A stretch of 64,000 nucleotides of DNA from Harriotta raleighana (Eukaryota): the NCBI GenBank assembly GCA_050575255.1, contig JBNZDD010013726.1:3547245-3611244 (forward strand), in the 5' to 3' direction. Both the position numbers and the translations under genes were made by a program. Each line of letters begins with the position of its first letter. Position 1 is the first letter of the stretch. The notes beneath the pieces are model-generated. The model was not told where the DNA came from. It saw only the letters and a program-made list of their open reading frames with translations, and did not search any database. This document shows positions 53,301 through 61,795 of the stretch, in pieces.

Positions 53301-56004
53301 TGATCATTACCACCTTTAAGCGCTCTGAGATGCCGTCCGGCGTGGAGAGCGCTATATAAATCGAAGTTGTTGTTGTTGTTGATTCCAAAATAAAACAAAT
53401 AAGGGTTAGTTAAATTTAATATTTATACAGAACTTTAATTCCTTGTGCTACAAAAGAAACACATTTCAAATCTCAAGAGGTCAGATTTAGGTTGCTTTTA
53501 CCCCAAAGCTCCACTGATGGTTTTAGTTAATGGAAAATTCCTGGTCTAATTCAGAGAATATTAGCAAGGATGGTAATTACGTCCCCAAAATAACCTAAAC
53601 CCTTTAAATGTCTCACAATAGGAAGGGAAGGAGGGAGGTCAGTATTTCTACTTTGACTACTTTTTTTTGTTCTCTCTCAAACGTCCCAAACACTATTTAG
53701 TAAAATATTTATTTTTAAGTATTTGCACAAGGTAAATCACGGACCCTGGTGCGGGAGAGGGCACATGCTGCAGAGTTCTGGATGATCTGCTGTTTATGGA
53801 GGGAAGAGTTTGGAAGGAGAACAAGCAGCGAGTTGCATAGTTGAGCCGAAATGTGATGAACGCTAGTTAATGAAATTAATTTGGAGGAGAGATTCATTTA
53901 AATAATAGATTGTGCTCAGGTCAGCCTATAGACTAATTTAGCACACTTGTCCGTCTGTCTCATGTACCATCTTATTTTGAAACACTAACCACTATAACAC
54001 ACACACTCAATTACAAAAAATATTTATGGTGCCAGTCTCAATAACCATTTGTGGAACACCATTCAATAATTTGATAATCTTTTGAGTGAAAACTTTTCTT
54101 CTCAACTCTTCCAGTGTCAATTCTGAATTTATGCCACGTCACCAATTTACCAAACAGTGGTGTCATATGTGATCATATTTTGAAGCACAAGCCAATGCAA
54201 TATACACACACACAAACACAAACAAACAAGTTGCAAAAATTTCAATCTTTCACTAGCTCTTCAGAATTTTGAGGTACCCTCGTAATCTCCTCCGTTCCAA
54301 TGGAAATTTGTTCTATTGCTATCACTCTTCATATTAGTAGCCATTATTAATACTGTTAAATATCAATCAATATTCATAATATTTAATATCCCAATATTTT
54401 AGACTAAAATGTTACACTTCGGAAATTTGAAGTCAAAAGTAGTTATCTAATGTATAGATTCATAGATTAGATTCATAGAAGTTTACGGCACAAAAGGAGG
54501 CCATTCGGCCCATCTAGTCTGTGCCGGCTCTTTGAAAAGAGCGATTTAATCCCACTGCCCTGCTCGCTCCCCATAGCCTAATAGACCTGTTCTCCCTAAA
54601 TAAAGATCTAATTCCCTTTTAAAAGTTGTTATCGAATCAGCCTCCACCACCTTTTCAGGCAATGCATTCCAGATTCGAACAACTCGCTGAGTGAAAAAGT
54701 TTCTCCTCAGCTCCCCTCTACTTCGCTTTGAAACTATTTTAAATCTGTGACCACAGGTCACAGATTCGCCCACGAGTGGAAATAGTTTTTCTCTATTTGC
54801 CCTGTCGAAACCCCTCATGATCTTATAAACCTCTATTAGGTCTCCCCTCAATCTTCTCTGTTCTAGAGAGAATAACCCTAGNNNNNNNNNNNNNNNNNNN
54901 NNNGCCGTGGGCCTTTAATTTCCTAAGAAGACTCTCATGTGGCACTTTGTCAAATGCCTTTTGAAAGTCCATGTAAACTACATCAACCGCGCTACCATTA
55001 TCCACCCATTCCGTTACCTGATCAAAAAATTCTATCAGATTTGTAAGGCAAGATTTGCCTTTAACAAATCCATGTTGACTGTCCTTTATTAGCCTATATC
55101 TTTCTAAGTGAAGATCTATCTTGTCCCTGATTATGGACTCTAGAAGTTTGCCCACTACCGAAGTTAGACTGACTGGTCTGTAGTTACCAGGCTTGTCCTT
55201 CTGCCCCTTTTTATACAAGGGAGTAATATTAGCCACCCTCCAGTCCGCTGGCACGACCCCTGTGTCCAAGGAAGATTGAAAGATCGTGGCCAGAGTCTCT
55301 GCTATTCACACCATTTAAATTTGCATATAATGAATATACATTTATTTTTTCTTAAAATTATTTTATCCAGCTACTTGTTTTCGCTTTAAAATTAAAATAT
55401 AATCTTCTGAACATTCGAGAAAGTTCTTTGCTGGGAAATTCCACTTAATTTAAGAGGAATTAACTGCTTATAAAAGAACAATACTATAAACAGACTTACC
55501 TATAGTGTTCAATTTCGTGCCAGGGACTTTTATTCCTCCATCATCAGAAAACCCACTCAAATTTCTGATTGTACTCCTCTGCTGAATTGCCGCATTCAAG
55601 GATGCTAACTTGCTAGACACAATAACATCACCACTGTTTGGTTGGTTGGTTCGACTGTTGGCATCTAGCAGAGTGGTTACATTATCCACATCTGTTGATT
55701 TCAAAGACTCCACAGATTGTTGCCCCTTTGATGGGGTGATGTTCCGCGATGAGACAGGTATCGATTCATCATCACTGTCAAACCCAAAAGGGTCCTCTGA
55801 CAATTCCTCCTCCACTTTCTGCCGCTTTGGTGTCTCCACTGGTTCTGGTTTCAAATTGGGTCTCTTCTGGCCCACCTGAGCCTTGAAGGTGGTTTCTCCC
55901 CATTTTGTGCTTATTTTAGCTCGTTTACCAGAGAACACCTCATCAAATTTTGAGTTGCCATTGCTTCCCTTCCTGCTGTAGGTTTTCCCATATCTTGATG
56001 TCAT
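742..56004 (-). CDS. WAPL: WAPL (wings apart-like homolog, cohesin release factor); spliced CDS, 17 coding exons in window, last exon off the left edge
   Basis: N-terminus [13 protein letters not shown] (YSR motif), three FGF motifs, and C-terminal Wapl HEAT-domain peptides in the expected order. All junctions are GT-AG and phases join into one open frame of 1195 codons. Confidence 0.98.
1070..2570. mobile_element. Cluster of L2-clade LINE fragments in both orientations
   Basis: Minus-strand RT motifs [13 protein letters not shown]...VYVDD and [11 protein letters not shown] (1960-2330); plus-strand LWNSLP and GGCGCTATAAATGCAAGTTGTTG tail (1310-1710). Confidence 0.8.
2874..2962 (-). CDS. WAPL: WAPL exon 17
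   Basis: [30 protein letters not shown]; AACAG acceptor, GTGAGT donor; 89 nt. Confidence 0.96.
3442..3652 (-). CDS. WAPL: WAPL exon 16
   Basis: [13 protein letters not shown]...[11 protein letters not shown]; CTTCAG acceptor, GTATTA donor; 211 nt. Confidence 0.96.
3707..4081. mobile_element. Tigger/pogo-like MITE (copy A)
   Basis: TA|CAGTAAAACCTT...GGATAAATGAGGTTTTACTG|TA: terminal inverted repeats and TA target duplication. Confidence 0.85.
4723..4884 (-). CDS. WAPL: WAPL exon 15
   Basis: [23 protein letters not shown]...AIQALVQ; TGAAG acceptor, GTGAGT donor; 162 nt. Confidence 0.96.
5825..5940 (-). CDS. WAPL: WAPL exon 14
   Basis: [39 protein letters not shown]; TTTCAG acceptor, GTAAGA donor; 116 nt. 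Confidence 0.96.
7969..8141 (-). CDS. WAPL: WAPL exon 13
   Basis: [15 protein letters not shown]...[22 protein letters not shown]; CACAG acceptor, GTAAGT donor; 173 nt. Confidence 0.96.
8339..8370. repeat. (GT)n microsatellite
   Basis: Uninterrupted GT run. Confidence 0.95.
9577..10536. mobile_element. Tigger/pogo-like MITE (copy B) with internal CT/GA simple repeat
   Basis: TA|CAGTAAAACCTCGTTATCCG ... GGATAAACAAGGTTTTACT; internal similarity to other copies. Confidence 0.8.
13270..14440. mobile_element. Rearranged L2-like LINE fragments
   Basis: Minus-strand endonuclease-like [19 protein letters not shown]; plus-strand [14 protein letters not shown] and FWNSLP. Confidence 0.65.
14480..15835 (+). 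mobile_element. CR1-clade LINE 3' fragment, interrupted by a SINE
   Basis: [55 protein letters not shown] with frameshifts; 3' UTR GGCCTACTCCTGCTC. Confidence 0.9.
15001..15335 (-). mobile_element. Full-length tRNA-headed DeuSINE-like SINE
   Basis: Minus strand: A box TGGCTCAGTGG, B box GTTCGAATCC, Deu-like core GTGGGACACTGCTGTGCGCAATTGGCTGCCGCG, L2-type tail AAGCGCTATATCAAATGCAAGG followed by (ATT)n. Confidence 0.85.
16257..16326 (-). promoter_or_regulatory. Tandem CTCF-like motifs in intron 12
   Basis: Minus strand TGGCCAACAGGTGGTGC (close to consensus) and GCCACTGAGTGGCGCT (weaker). Confidence 0.5.
17168..17653. mobile_element. Tigger/pogo-like MITE (copy C, inverted relative to D)
   Basis: TA|CACTAAAAGCCCGTTTATCC ... 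TAAATGGGGTTTTACTG|TA. Confidence 0.85.
18403..18479 (-). CDS. WAPL: WAPL exon 12
   Basis: [25 protein letters not shown](R); CCTTCAG acceptor, GTAAGT donor; 77 nt. Confidence 0.95.
18679..19185. mobile_element. Tigger/pogo-like MITE (copy D)
   Basis: TA|CAGTAAAAGCCCGTTTATCC ... GGATAAATGGGCTTTTACTG|TA. Confidence 0.88.
19470..19567 (-). CDS. WAPL: WAPL exon 11
   Basis: [33 protein letters not shown]; AACAG acceptor, GTAAGT donor; 98 nt. Confidence 0.95.
19603..20096. mobile_element. Second-family Tigger-like non-autonomous DNA transposon
   Basis: TIR CAGATATCCCCTGATTTACAAC vs GTCGTAAATCAGGGGATGTCTG (20/22 complementary), TA flanks. Confidence 0.85.
20766..21605. mobile_element. Tigger/pogo-like MITE (copy E) with internal CT/GT microsatellite
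   Basis: TAGTAAAACCTTGTTTATCCGGCACCC start; right TIR partly deleted (GAGT-TACTG|TA). Confidence 0.8.
21100..21405. repeat. Compound CT/GT low-complexity repeat
   Basis: Mixed TCTC/TGTG tracts inside MITE copy E. Confidence 0.9.
21608..21998. mobile_element. Tigger/pogo-like MITE (copy F, resembles A)
   Basis: TA|CAGAAAAACTTGTTTATC ... GGATAACAAAGGTTTTACTG|TA; shares GCTCACTTTGCGCATGC core with copy A. Confidence 0.8.
22053..22164 (-). CDS. WAPL: WAPL exon 10
   Basis: [37 protein letters not shown]; CACAG acceptor, GTAAAT donor; 112 nt. Confidence 0.96.
24351..24575 (-). CDS. WAPL: WAPL exon 9
   Basis: [35 protein letters not shown]...HLDLENIT; TCAG acceptor, GTAAGA donor; 225 nt. Confidence 0.96.
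25665..25776 (-). CDS. WAPL: WAPL exon 8
   Basis: [37 protein letters not shown]; CTAG acceptor, GTACAT donor; 112 nt. Confidence 0.95.
26474..26650 (-). mobile_element. DeuSINE-like SINE 3' fragment (similar fragments at ~20536-20675 minus, ~27578-27718 plus, 63922-64000 minus)
   Basis: AATAATAATCCTTGCATTTG...GCAGCCAATTGCGCACAGCAG shared with the full copy. Confidence 0.75.
28000..28855 (+). mobile_element. L2 LINE 3' fragment
   Basis: [39 protein letters not shown] and GCTATACAAATGTAATTGTTG tail. Confidence 0.8.
29230..29366 (-). CDS. WAPL: WAPL exon 7
   Basis: [45 protein letters not shown]; CTCAG acceptor, GTATGT donor; 137 nt. Confidence 0.96.
29785..29937 (-). CDS. WAPL: WAPL exon 6
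   Basis: ANVALKE...[36 protein letters not shown]; AAG acceptor, GTATCA donor; 153 nt. Confidence 0.92.
30337..30474 (-). CDS. WAPL: WAPL exon 5
   Basis: [18 protein letters not shown]...SRTAQ; TGCAG acceptor, GTGGGT donor; 138 nt. Confidence 0.9.
30540..30990 (+). mobile_element. Degenerate L2 LINE RT fragment
   Basis: [12 protein letters not shown] and NLGIRFD motifs. Confidence 0.65.
31110..31230 (-). mobile_element. CR1 LINE 3' end
   Basis: CATAGAATCATAGAATC...GGAGGCCATTCAGCCCATC, matches 54470-54570. Confidence 0.75.
33940..34222 (-). mobile_element. DeuSINE-like SINE
   Basis: Same head, core and tail as 15001-15335. Confidence 0.8.
34333..34440. repeat. Minisatellite, ~5 copies of a ~23-bp unit
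   Basis: GAAGCAATGCAGATCAGT(C/A)TTGG-like units in tandem. Confidence 0.85.
37368..37607 (-). mobile_element. DeuSINE-like SINE, 5'-truncated
   Basis: Tail and core match 15001-15240. Confidence 0.8.
37775..38100 (-). mobile_element. L2 LINE 3' fragment
   Basis: [22 protein letters not shown] and GCGCCTTGGGACGTC tail. Confidence 0.75.
38660..39402 (+). mobile_element. L2 LINE 3' fragment
   Basis: [47 protein letters not shown]. Confidence 0.85.
41902..42203 (-). mobile_element. DeuSINE-like SINE, degenerate
   Basis: Tail, core and CTAACCACTGAGC head match. Confidence 0.75.
42959..43077 (-). CDS. WAPL: WAPL exon 4
   Basis: [40 protein letters not shown]; TTTTCAG acceptor, GTAAGA donor; 119 nt, phase 1 to 0; not in ORF track. 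Confidence 0.92.
44428..44942. mobile_element. Tigger/pogo-like MITE (copy G)
   Basis: TA|CAATAAAAGCCCGTTTATCC ... GATAAACAGGCTTTTACTG|TA. Confidence 0.85.
45374..45977. mobile_element. Tigger/pogo-like MITE (copy H) with internal CT/GA tracts
   Basis: TA|CAGTAAAAGCCTATTTATCC ... GGATAAACAGGCTTTTACTG|TA. Confidence 0.85.
47022..48083 (-). CDS. WAPL: WAPL exon 3
   Basis: EVKHQDP...CRTYCR...LEFFGFDE...[12 protein letters not shown]...; TTTTACAG acceptor, GTAAGT donor; 1062 nt. Confidence 0.96.
52302..53044 (-). mobile_element. DeuSINE-like SINE split by MITE copy I
   Basis: Tail remnant at 52302-52330, core at 52733-52830, head at 52945-53044. Confidence 0.65.
52331..52732. mobile_element. 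Tigger/pogo-like MITE (copy I) nested in a SINE
   Basis: CAGTAAAACCCCGTTT ... GGATAAACGGGGTTTTACTG|TA; SINE sequence continues on both sides. Confidence 0.85.
54458..55305 (-). mobile_element. CR1-clade LINE fragment spanning an N gap (54882-54903)
   Basis: [16 protein letters not shown]...NYRPVSLTS...[13 protein letters not shown] and [11 protein letters not shown]...[14 protein letters not shown]; CTATGAAT-type tail. Confidence 0.92.
55500..56004 (-). CDS. WAPL: WAPL exon 2 coding part (exon starts at 56026; ATG at 56004)
   Basis: [13 protein letters not shown]...DPFGFDSDD...KLNTI; acceptor ACAG ending at 56027; donor GTAAGT at 55499; 505 nt, phase 1. Confidence 0.96.
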
Positions 56005-57255
56005 GTTGACACTTCTTTCATATTCCCTGTAATTATAAAAAGAATAAATAAATACAAGTGATATTCAGTTTCATTTAAATGCAAATTACATGCAAAAACT
56101 GGGAATGAGATCCAATGTAATAAATCCTTTTGACTGGTAAGCATATTTAAGTCAAAATAAAATGTTCTGTATTTAAAAAAAAGTATATTTTGAACATATT
56201 CCAGATCAATATATACTTCTATCTATAAGATGCTGTGGTTATACATCATTATTTCAAAAATTTGAAGTATAAGACAGAAAACGTAGAAGCTATAGCAATA
56301 ACAGTAACATAAAACTTCAGATAAATCAATGAAAACTCCCACAAAACACAAACATTTGCACCAGGGCAAATCAATGGGTAATCCTGCATAGATGTTTTTA
56401 GTAAATGGAGGTGTGCTTGCTTTTTGTCTTGCAGGTGAGGGTATACTTCAAAGGGCCCTTATCTACACCACCAACAAAAGAATATCTACCTATCCAATTA
56501 GTCTTCACTTCACTGAAACAGTTCCTTCTTTTGTGAGTAAACCAACATTTAAAATATTGGCCCTCATATAATCGTTCCTGAGTCTTACCTATATAATTGC
56601 AGCTATGCAATTTATTTACTTGGATGGCTGAAAGGAAAGCTACAGGAAAGTCCATGTAAAAACAGAAAAAAAAACTTAAACTATGGTAAGCCAAGACCCA
56701 ATGTAGGTTAATTTTCAAATTTAGAATTTTGTTTTGCTGATGACACTGAAAATTTGCTTAATACAATATTTTGATTTACCCAATAAAATGCTCATATAAT
56801 TACAGTGCAGATGTTAAAAAATTCCCAATATATTTCATCAACATACAGAGCAAAGAGGTTCCTGGAGTAGCAGTAACAAAAATAACCATTGAACCTCTAA
56901 ATAATTTGGCAAAGCAATATTCCCATTAATACTGATGTTGGTAGAAAATAAATGCAATGATCATTCGCTTTTTAAAAATATTTATTGCAAAGATACTATA
57001 TGTAATATGAAGCATCATTTTTACTTTGCTACATAAAAACACGGTTAGGAAATCATCTCTGATAATCTACTGAATAGCAAATTATAATTTAGCTACTATT
57101 AATGTTTCTCAAAGAAACCGGATCCTTTATTAAACCAATACTTCTTAGTATCCTGTTGAAATGCAACATCTCGTTGTACTAGTTATTGATTTTTGTGGCA
57201 TAAGCACATAACTAAAGATATCAAGTATAAAGTGTATCAATAACAGTCTTGATAA

Positions 57256-57520
57256 CAGTGGTTAGAGCGCTCGCCTTACAAGCGAGAGACTTGGATTCAT
57301 TTCCAGGCAGGGCAAAACCTTGGGCAAATTTTCTTATTCTACATGCTTGATAATAATCCCTCAAAAAAATTGGTCTTTTCAATCCATGATTGTTTGTGGG
57401 ACACTGCTGTGCGCAATTGGCTGCCACGATTCACTCACATATGTATAGTTAATTCACTTTACAGTATATTCTGTGAAGCTCTTTGAGACGTCTAGCAGAT
57501 GTGATGTCAAACGCAAAATT
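57256..57520 (+). mobile_element. DeuSINE-like SINE
   Basis: CAGTGGTTAGAGCGCTCGCCTTACAAGCG head and GTGGGACACTGCTGTGCGCAATTGGCTGCC core on + strand. Confidence 0.8.
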
Positions 57521-59199
57521 TGCAAAAAGCCTTCCTATTATATAAAACAATATTTTTATATAAATATAAAATAATAAAGCAGCATCACAAAAGAGTAGAG
57601 TATTCTTTATTACAGTATTCTGTTGTCATTATAATATTGCAAAAATATTTAAAATGTAAAATAGAGGGGAGGAAAGATGATCAATAAATGTTCAAATATG
57701 ATTGACATAACTGTATTTAATATCTCAATGAAATCATGACTAATGTTTTCCAGCCCTTGGACGTAGTCATCCGTCTCCCCTGACCCCATCCCCCCAAACA
57801 GTGAAGAAACTATTCCCAGGCAATTTATTAAAATACAACAAGGATTCACTGTGCTCAAGAGAGGTTAAACAAACTTACAATCAGAAAATACCTTTGGATC
57901 CATTAACTAATTCCACACAATAGAATTGGTGCTTTTATGATCATTTCATTGCTCTTAAATTAAACTCTTACCCTTGAACAATCTTTTCAATCAGGTTTCT
58001 ATGGTTCTACCAAAGTAACTTTTTAAAAATAAACGAATTGAAACAAAATGAACCAATATGAAGATTATTAGATTTCTCACAAGTCTTCTCAAAAATCAAT
58101 ACAGTAAGAGATAAATAAAACTCCTAATTTGGAAAATATACTCGATCAATTTGATATATTCATAATATAATTTCGGATCTGAACACTTGACAAGTTTATT
58201 GTAATTGTTCTTGAAGGGGCGATTTCTACAAATGCAATGGTATTTTCTCTCTGTCTCTCAGTCTGCTTTATCTGCTTTTTTAGAGCAGGCCACGACTCCA
58301 TGGGATCAGTCATGAAAACACTATACTTATTTATTATTAACAAAACTCCCAAGAGTTTGAAACTCCCAAAACTCATTCATTTTCTGTTTTTTTTTAAAAA
58401 AATGAAGGTTAACAACATTTGGGACCCTATCTAGGATTGACACGTCGCTATTTTGATCACATTTCTCGTTTCTATTGCGTATGGGATGTCAACAGCTTTG
58501 GCAGTAGGCAGCTAAAGTGGGCATTATTAACATCTGGAGAAAGTTTCCCTGTTGTGCAAGAGGGTGAATCGCTGTGTCCTCGTTGACTCAGGTCACGTAC
58601 CCTTGGTCTTGCTGTCTCCACCACCCCCACCACCACCACCACAATAACGGTTTTCAACACAACTCGAAGCCATGAGCTGTTACGGCAACACCTTCAAAAC
58701 AACTTTATCAGGGCGCAAGTTTGTTTTTAATCTTGAACATCTAAAGACCCTGTATGGGGGGGGGAGTGGGGGGGGGGGGGATATTCTTGCTCAAATCGGT
58801 CCACGGAAGGGGCTGGGACCCGCCCGTCACAGGAAGACACCCCCCGCGGGATTGACAGCCTGTTATCTGATTTGGTCCCTCGTGTATATTCCCCATTGCT
58901 AGTTGGGGGAAATTCCCCTGAAGCAGGAACTGNGGAGGGGGCTGGGACCCGCCCGTCACAGGAAGACACCCCCCGCGGGATTGACAGCCTGTTATCTGAT
59001 TTGATCCCTCGTGTATATTCCCCATTGCTAGTTGGGGGAAATTCCCCTGAAGNGCCTGTTATCTGATTTGGTCCCTCGTGTATATTCCCCATTGCTAGTT
59101 GGGGGAAATTCCCCTGAAGCAGGAACTGGGCCCAGGCCTCGATGTGTGTGTGTCGCTTGCAATCAGCCCCTCCTCCTCCTCCTCCCCCCACAGTGCTCG

Positions 59200-59870
59200 G
59201 TCTTGTTACTCACCACCTTTCACGACCCTCTGTGAAATCCCTCGACCGCCGGCCGCCGCCTCCTCCTCCTCCCGGCTCTCGTTCGGCTCCTTCCCTTCAA
59301 GTGGGGGTGGGGGAGGTGGGGGCTGACGGCGCGCTCTGCTCTGCCTTCACCAGGCGGGATATCAGTGCAGCCTCTAATACCCGGGCACCGAGTTATCGTT
59401 GGTATTGTTACCCGCGGAATCCTCACCGCTTCTTGTTCTTACATATATATAAATATAGTTTTAAAAAAAACGTAATTTAAAAAAAACTCGCCTCAGAACT
59501 CTCCACGGGCCTAAGCCAAAAAAAACACCTCACCGCCATAAACCGCGCGCGGTCACCTGACAGCCCCGCAACCAATCCATGCCGCGTTCACTGACATCGC
59601 GGCACCTGCTCCTGAAGCCAGCGCCGATTGGTCACCAACTGCCGCTGGGCTGCACCAATCACAATAGTTCACACAGGAGGGAGCTGTGGGGGAGGGGAGG
59701 GGGGTGGGGCTGTGCCGAGAGGGGGATGTGGGCGGGGTCTGTGGAGTGGGCGGGGAGGGGGTGAAGGAGTGGAGGCTTTGGAGAGGGGGGTGGCTGTGCG
59801 GGGGTGTTTGTGAAGAAGAAGGGGAATCTGAGGAGGGCTGTGAGGAGGAGGGGCGGCTTGGAGAGCAGGG
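59200..59870 (-). promoter_or_regulatory. CpG-island promoter of WAPL with NF-Y and Sp1-type boxes
   Basis: CpG-dense relative to flanks; CCAAT/ATTGG at 59572, 59627, 59655; GGGCGGGG at 59730 and 59748; YY1-like CCGCCAT at 59533. Confidence 0.75.
59214..59550 (-). other. WAPL: Probable non-coding WAPL exon 1 (TSS approximate)
   Basis: GC/CpG-rich segment directly downstream of promoter motifs, ending at GTG|GTGAGT (59213-59208). Weaker GCG|GTGAGG donors lie near 59426 and 59533. Confidence 0.6.
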
Positions 59871-60249
59871 CTTTGGATAGAGGAGCTCTGGGGGGGGGGG
59901 TGTGTACTGTGGGGTGGTGGTTGTTGGGGGCTCGGGGAGGGAGGTTTTGGGTGGAGCCCCACTCTGGGGATCAGAGTCTGACTCATTTCCTGCTCTTGAT
60001 CACCTTCTTCCTCCCCCAGGCGTGGAGTCGTACTCCCCCACTGTCAAGCACTTTGGGATGTGAGGGGCAACAAGTTGTTGTTGCTCAAATACCCCAAATT
60101 ACCATACTGTTGGGTGGTTTGAAATAAGAGTTACNGGGGCGCTGTATAAATACAAGTTGTTGTTGCTCAAATACCCCAAATTACCATACTGTTGGGTGGT
60201 TTGAAATAAGAGTTACTCATTTCCAAACATCGGATATTATCTCCGGAGC

Positions 60250-61210
60250 GCTGACACAGTGGTGTAATTGGATGCCAAGTGTGGGTGGTTGGGGGTTGTG
60301 GGGGAATGTGGGTGAAGAGAACTGTCCTGACAGAATGTCTGCCAGCCATCAACTCCTGGATGAGAGCTAACTTTTATCAGTTGAACATCAACAAGACGAA
60401 AGCCCATCTGATTGTCTCCTGTCAGCGACTCCACACCTCAGGCGCTGACGCCATTCAAGGATGCACACTCCACCTCACCGAGCCAGTCCGGAAACTTGGC
60501 ATCTTATTTCACCCTCAACTATCTACCTCACATCCGTGACATGACTAGCTCTGCCTTCCCCAATCTCTGGAACATTGGCCTTCTCCGCCACTGTCTCACA
60601 CTGAAGACCCACTGAAACCGTCATACACACATTGATAATATCCAGGTTTGACTATGCAAGCTTGTCGGCCTCACTAACTCTTCCCTGCATAGACTATGCT
60701 CTGTAGAGTGAACTCTTAGCCCGTATCCTTTCCTACACCAGGCTCTGACACTATAACCCCATCCTCACCCAACTCACTCCGTTCAGCAAGCTCCGACCTA
60801 CTTCATGTCCCCACCCCACCATTGAGCCTTCAGCCACTCTGCCCCCACCCTCTGTAACTCCATCTGGAAGTCTCTCCGCCTCACCCCTCACTTGGCTCCT
60901 TCAAGATCCATCTCAAGATTCTCTTCTTCGACCATACCTTTGATTACTTTCCTCAATCCAGACCACCAGCTCAGGTCCGAAACACTGACTATCTAGCATC
61001 TTGGGGCATCCTCCCAATGTGAAAGACACTATACAACTAATTTTGTTGTTTTTCAGGTAGACTAAACAAAATTACATCTATATAGGATCTTTCACGTCAG
61101 GAGGACGCTGGACATTGTTTCAGACCCAAGCTGGGGTCAGGGACAGGGAGGATTTGGGGTGACTCAACAGATCATAGAAGAGGAGGGTCTTGCGGCAGGA
61201 CTTGAAGGAT
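60250..61210. mobile_element. L2 LINE fragments (plus strand 60250-61030, minus-strand tail 61045-61210)
   Basis: INSWMRANFYQLNINKT, VRKLGILF, SRFDY and tail motifs. Confidence 0.75.
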
Positions 61211-61625
61211 TAAAGATCAAAGAGGGAGCAAAGCAGTGAAATTGAGTCAACAAAACAACAATTTGTACTTTTACACAGCCTTCATTTTGGCTCGAGTGTT
61301 ATAAAGAATCATGGAGTTCCAGAGATTAGTGGCATCATGGCTGAAGACTTGGCTACCAATTCTTGTGAGGAAAGATTAGGGGTTGCGCAGCAGACGTGTG
61401 TTAGCTGTGGAGGGCATGGACAAAGGAGTACTGTATAGGGAGAAGGTTGCTTTCTGGTGGCAGATCTCTCCTTGCAACTTTTATTGATAAAACATTTTCA
61501 GATCAGCTGCTGAGCTAGGGATACATCACAAGCAAGCTGGCCACCTATGGAAATTGTAGGTCAGTAAATCAGCTAACCCAGTGCTGAATAAAGATGTGTC
61601 CTATACCTGGATGTGAATGAAAAAG

Positions 61626-61795
61626 TGCCCTGGGACATGTAGTCCTCTGGATAATCACATTATGTCTCCAATTGCATGCTGGAAAATGTAGTTTTCCATA
61701 CAGTATTACTGTATCTCCCTTTGATTTACAAAGTACTCTGGTACATGTAGTTCTATATTATCTACAATTAATAAAGTTGGCTGGGAAATGTAGTC
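61626..61795. promoter_or_regulatory. Cluster of four ZNF143/THAP11-type (ACTACAnnTCCCA) motifs
   Basis: CTGGGACATGTAGTC, GCATGCTGGAAAATGTAGTT, CTGGTACATGTAGTT, CTGGGAAATGTAGTC, all in the same orientation. Confidence 0.65.

Noticed and set aside
58803-59128. Apparent ~125-bp tandem repeat array near the promoter, with repetitive ORFs
   Set aside because: Copies are nearly identical and separated exactly by single Ns (58933, 59053), the pattern of unmerged contig overlaps
60068-60215. ~65-bp direct duplication
   Set aside because: Straddles the N at 60135; likely assembly artefact
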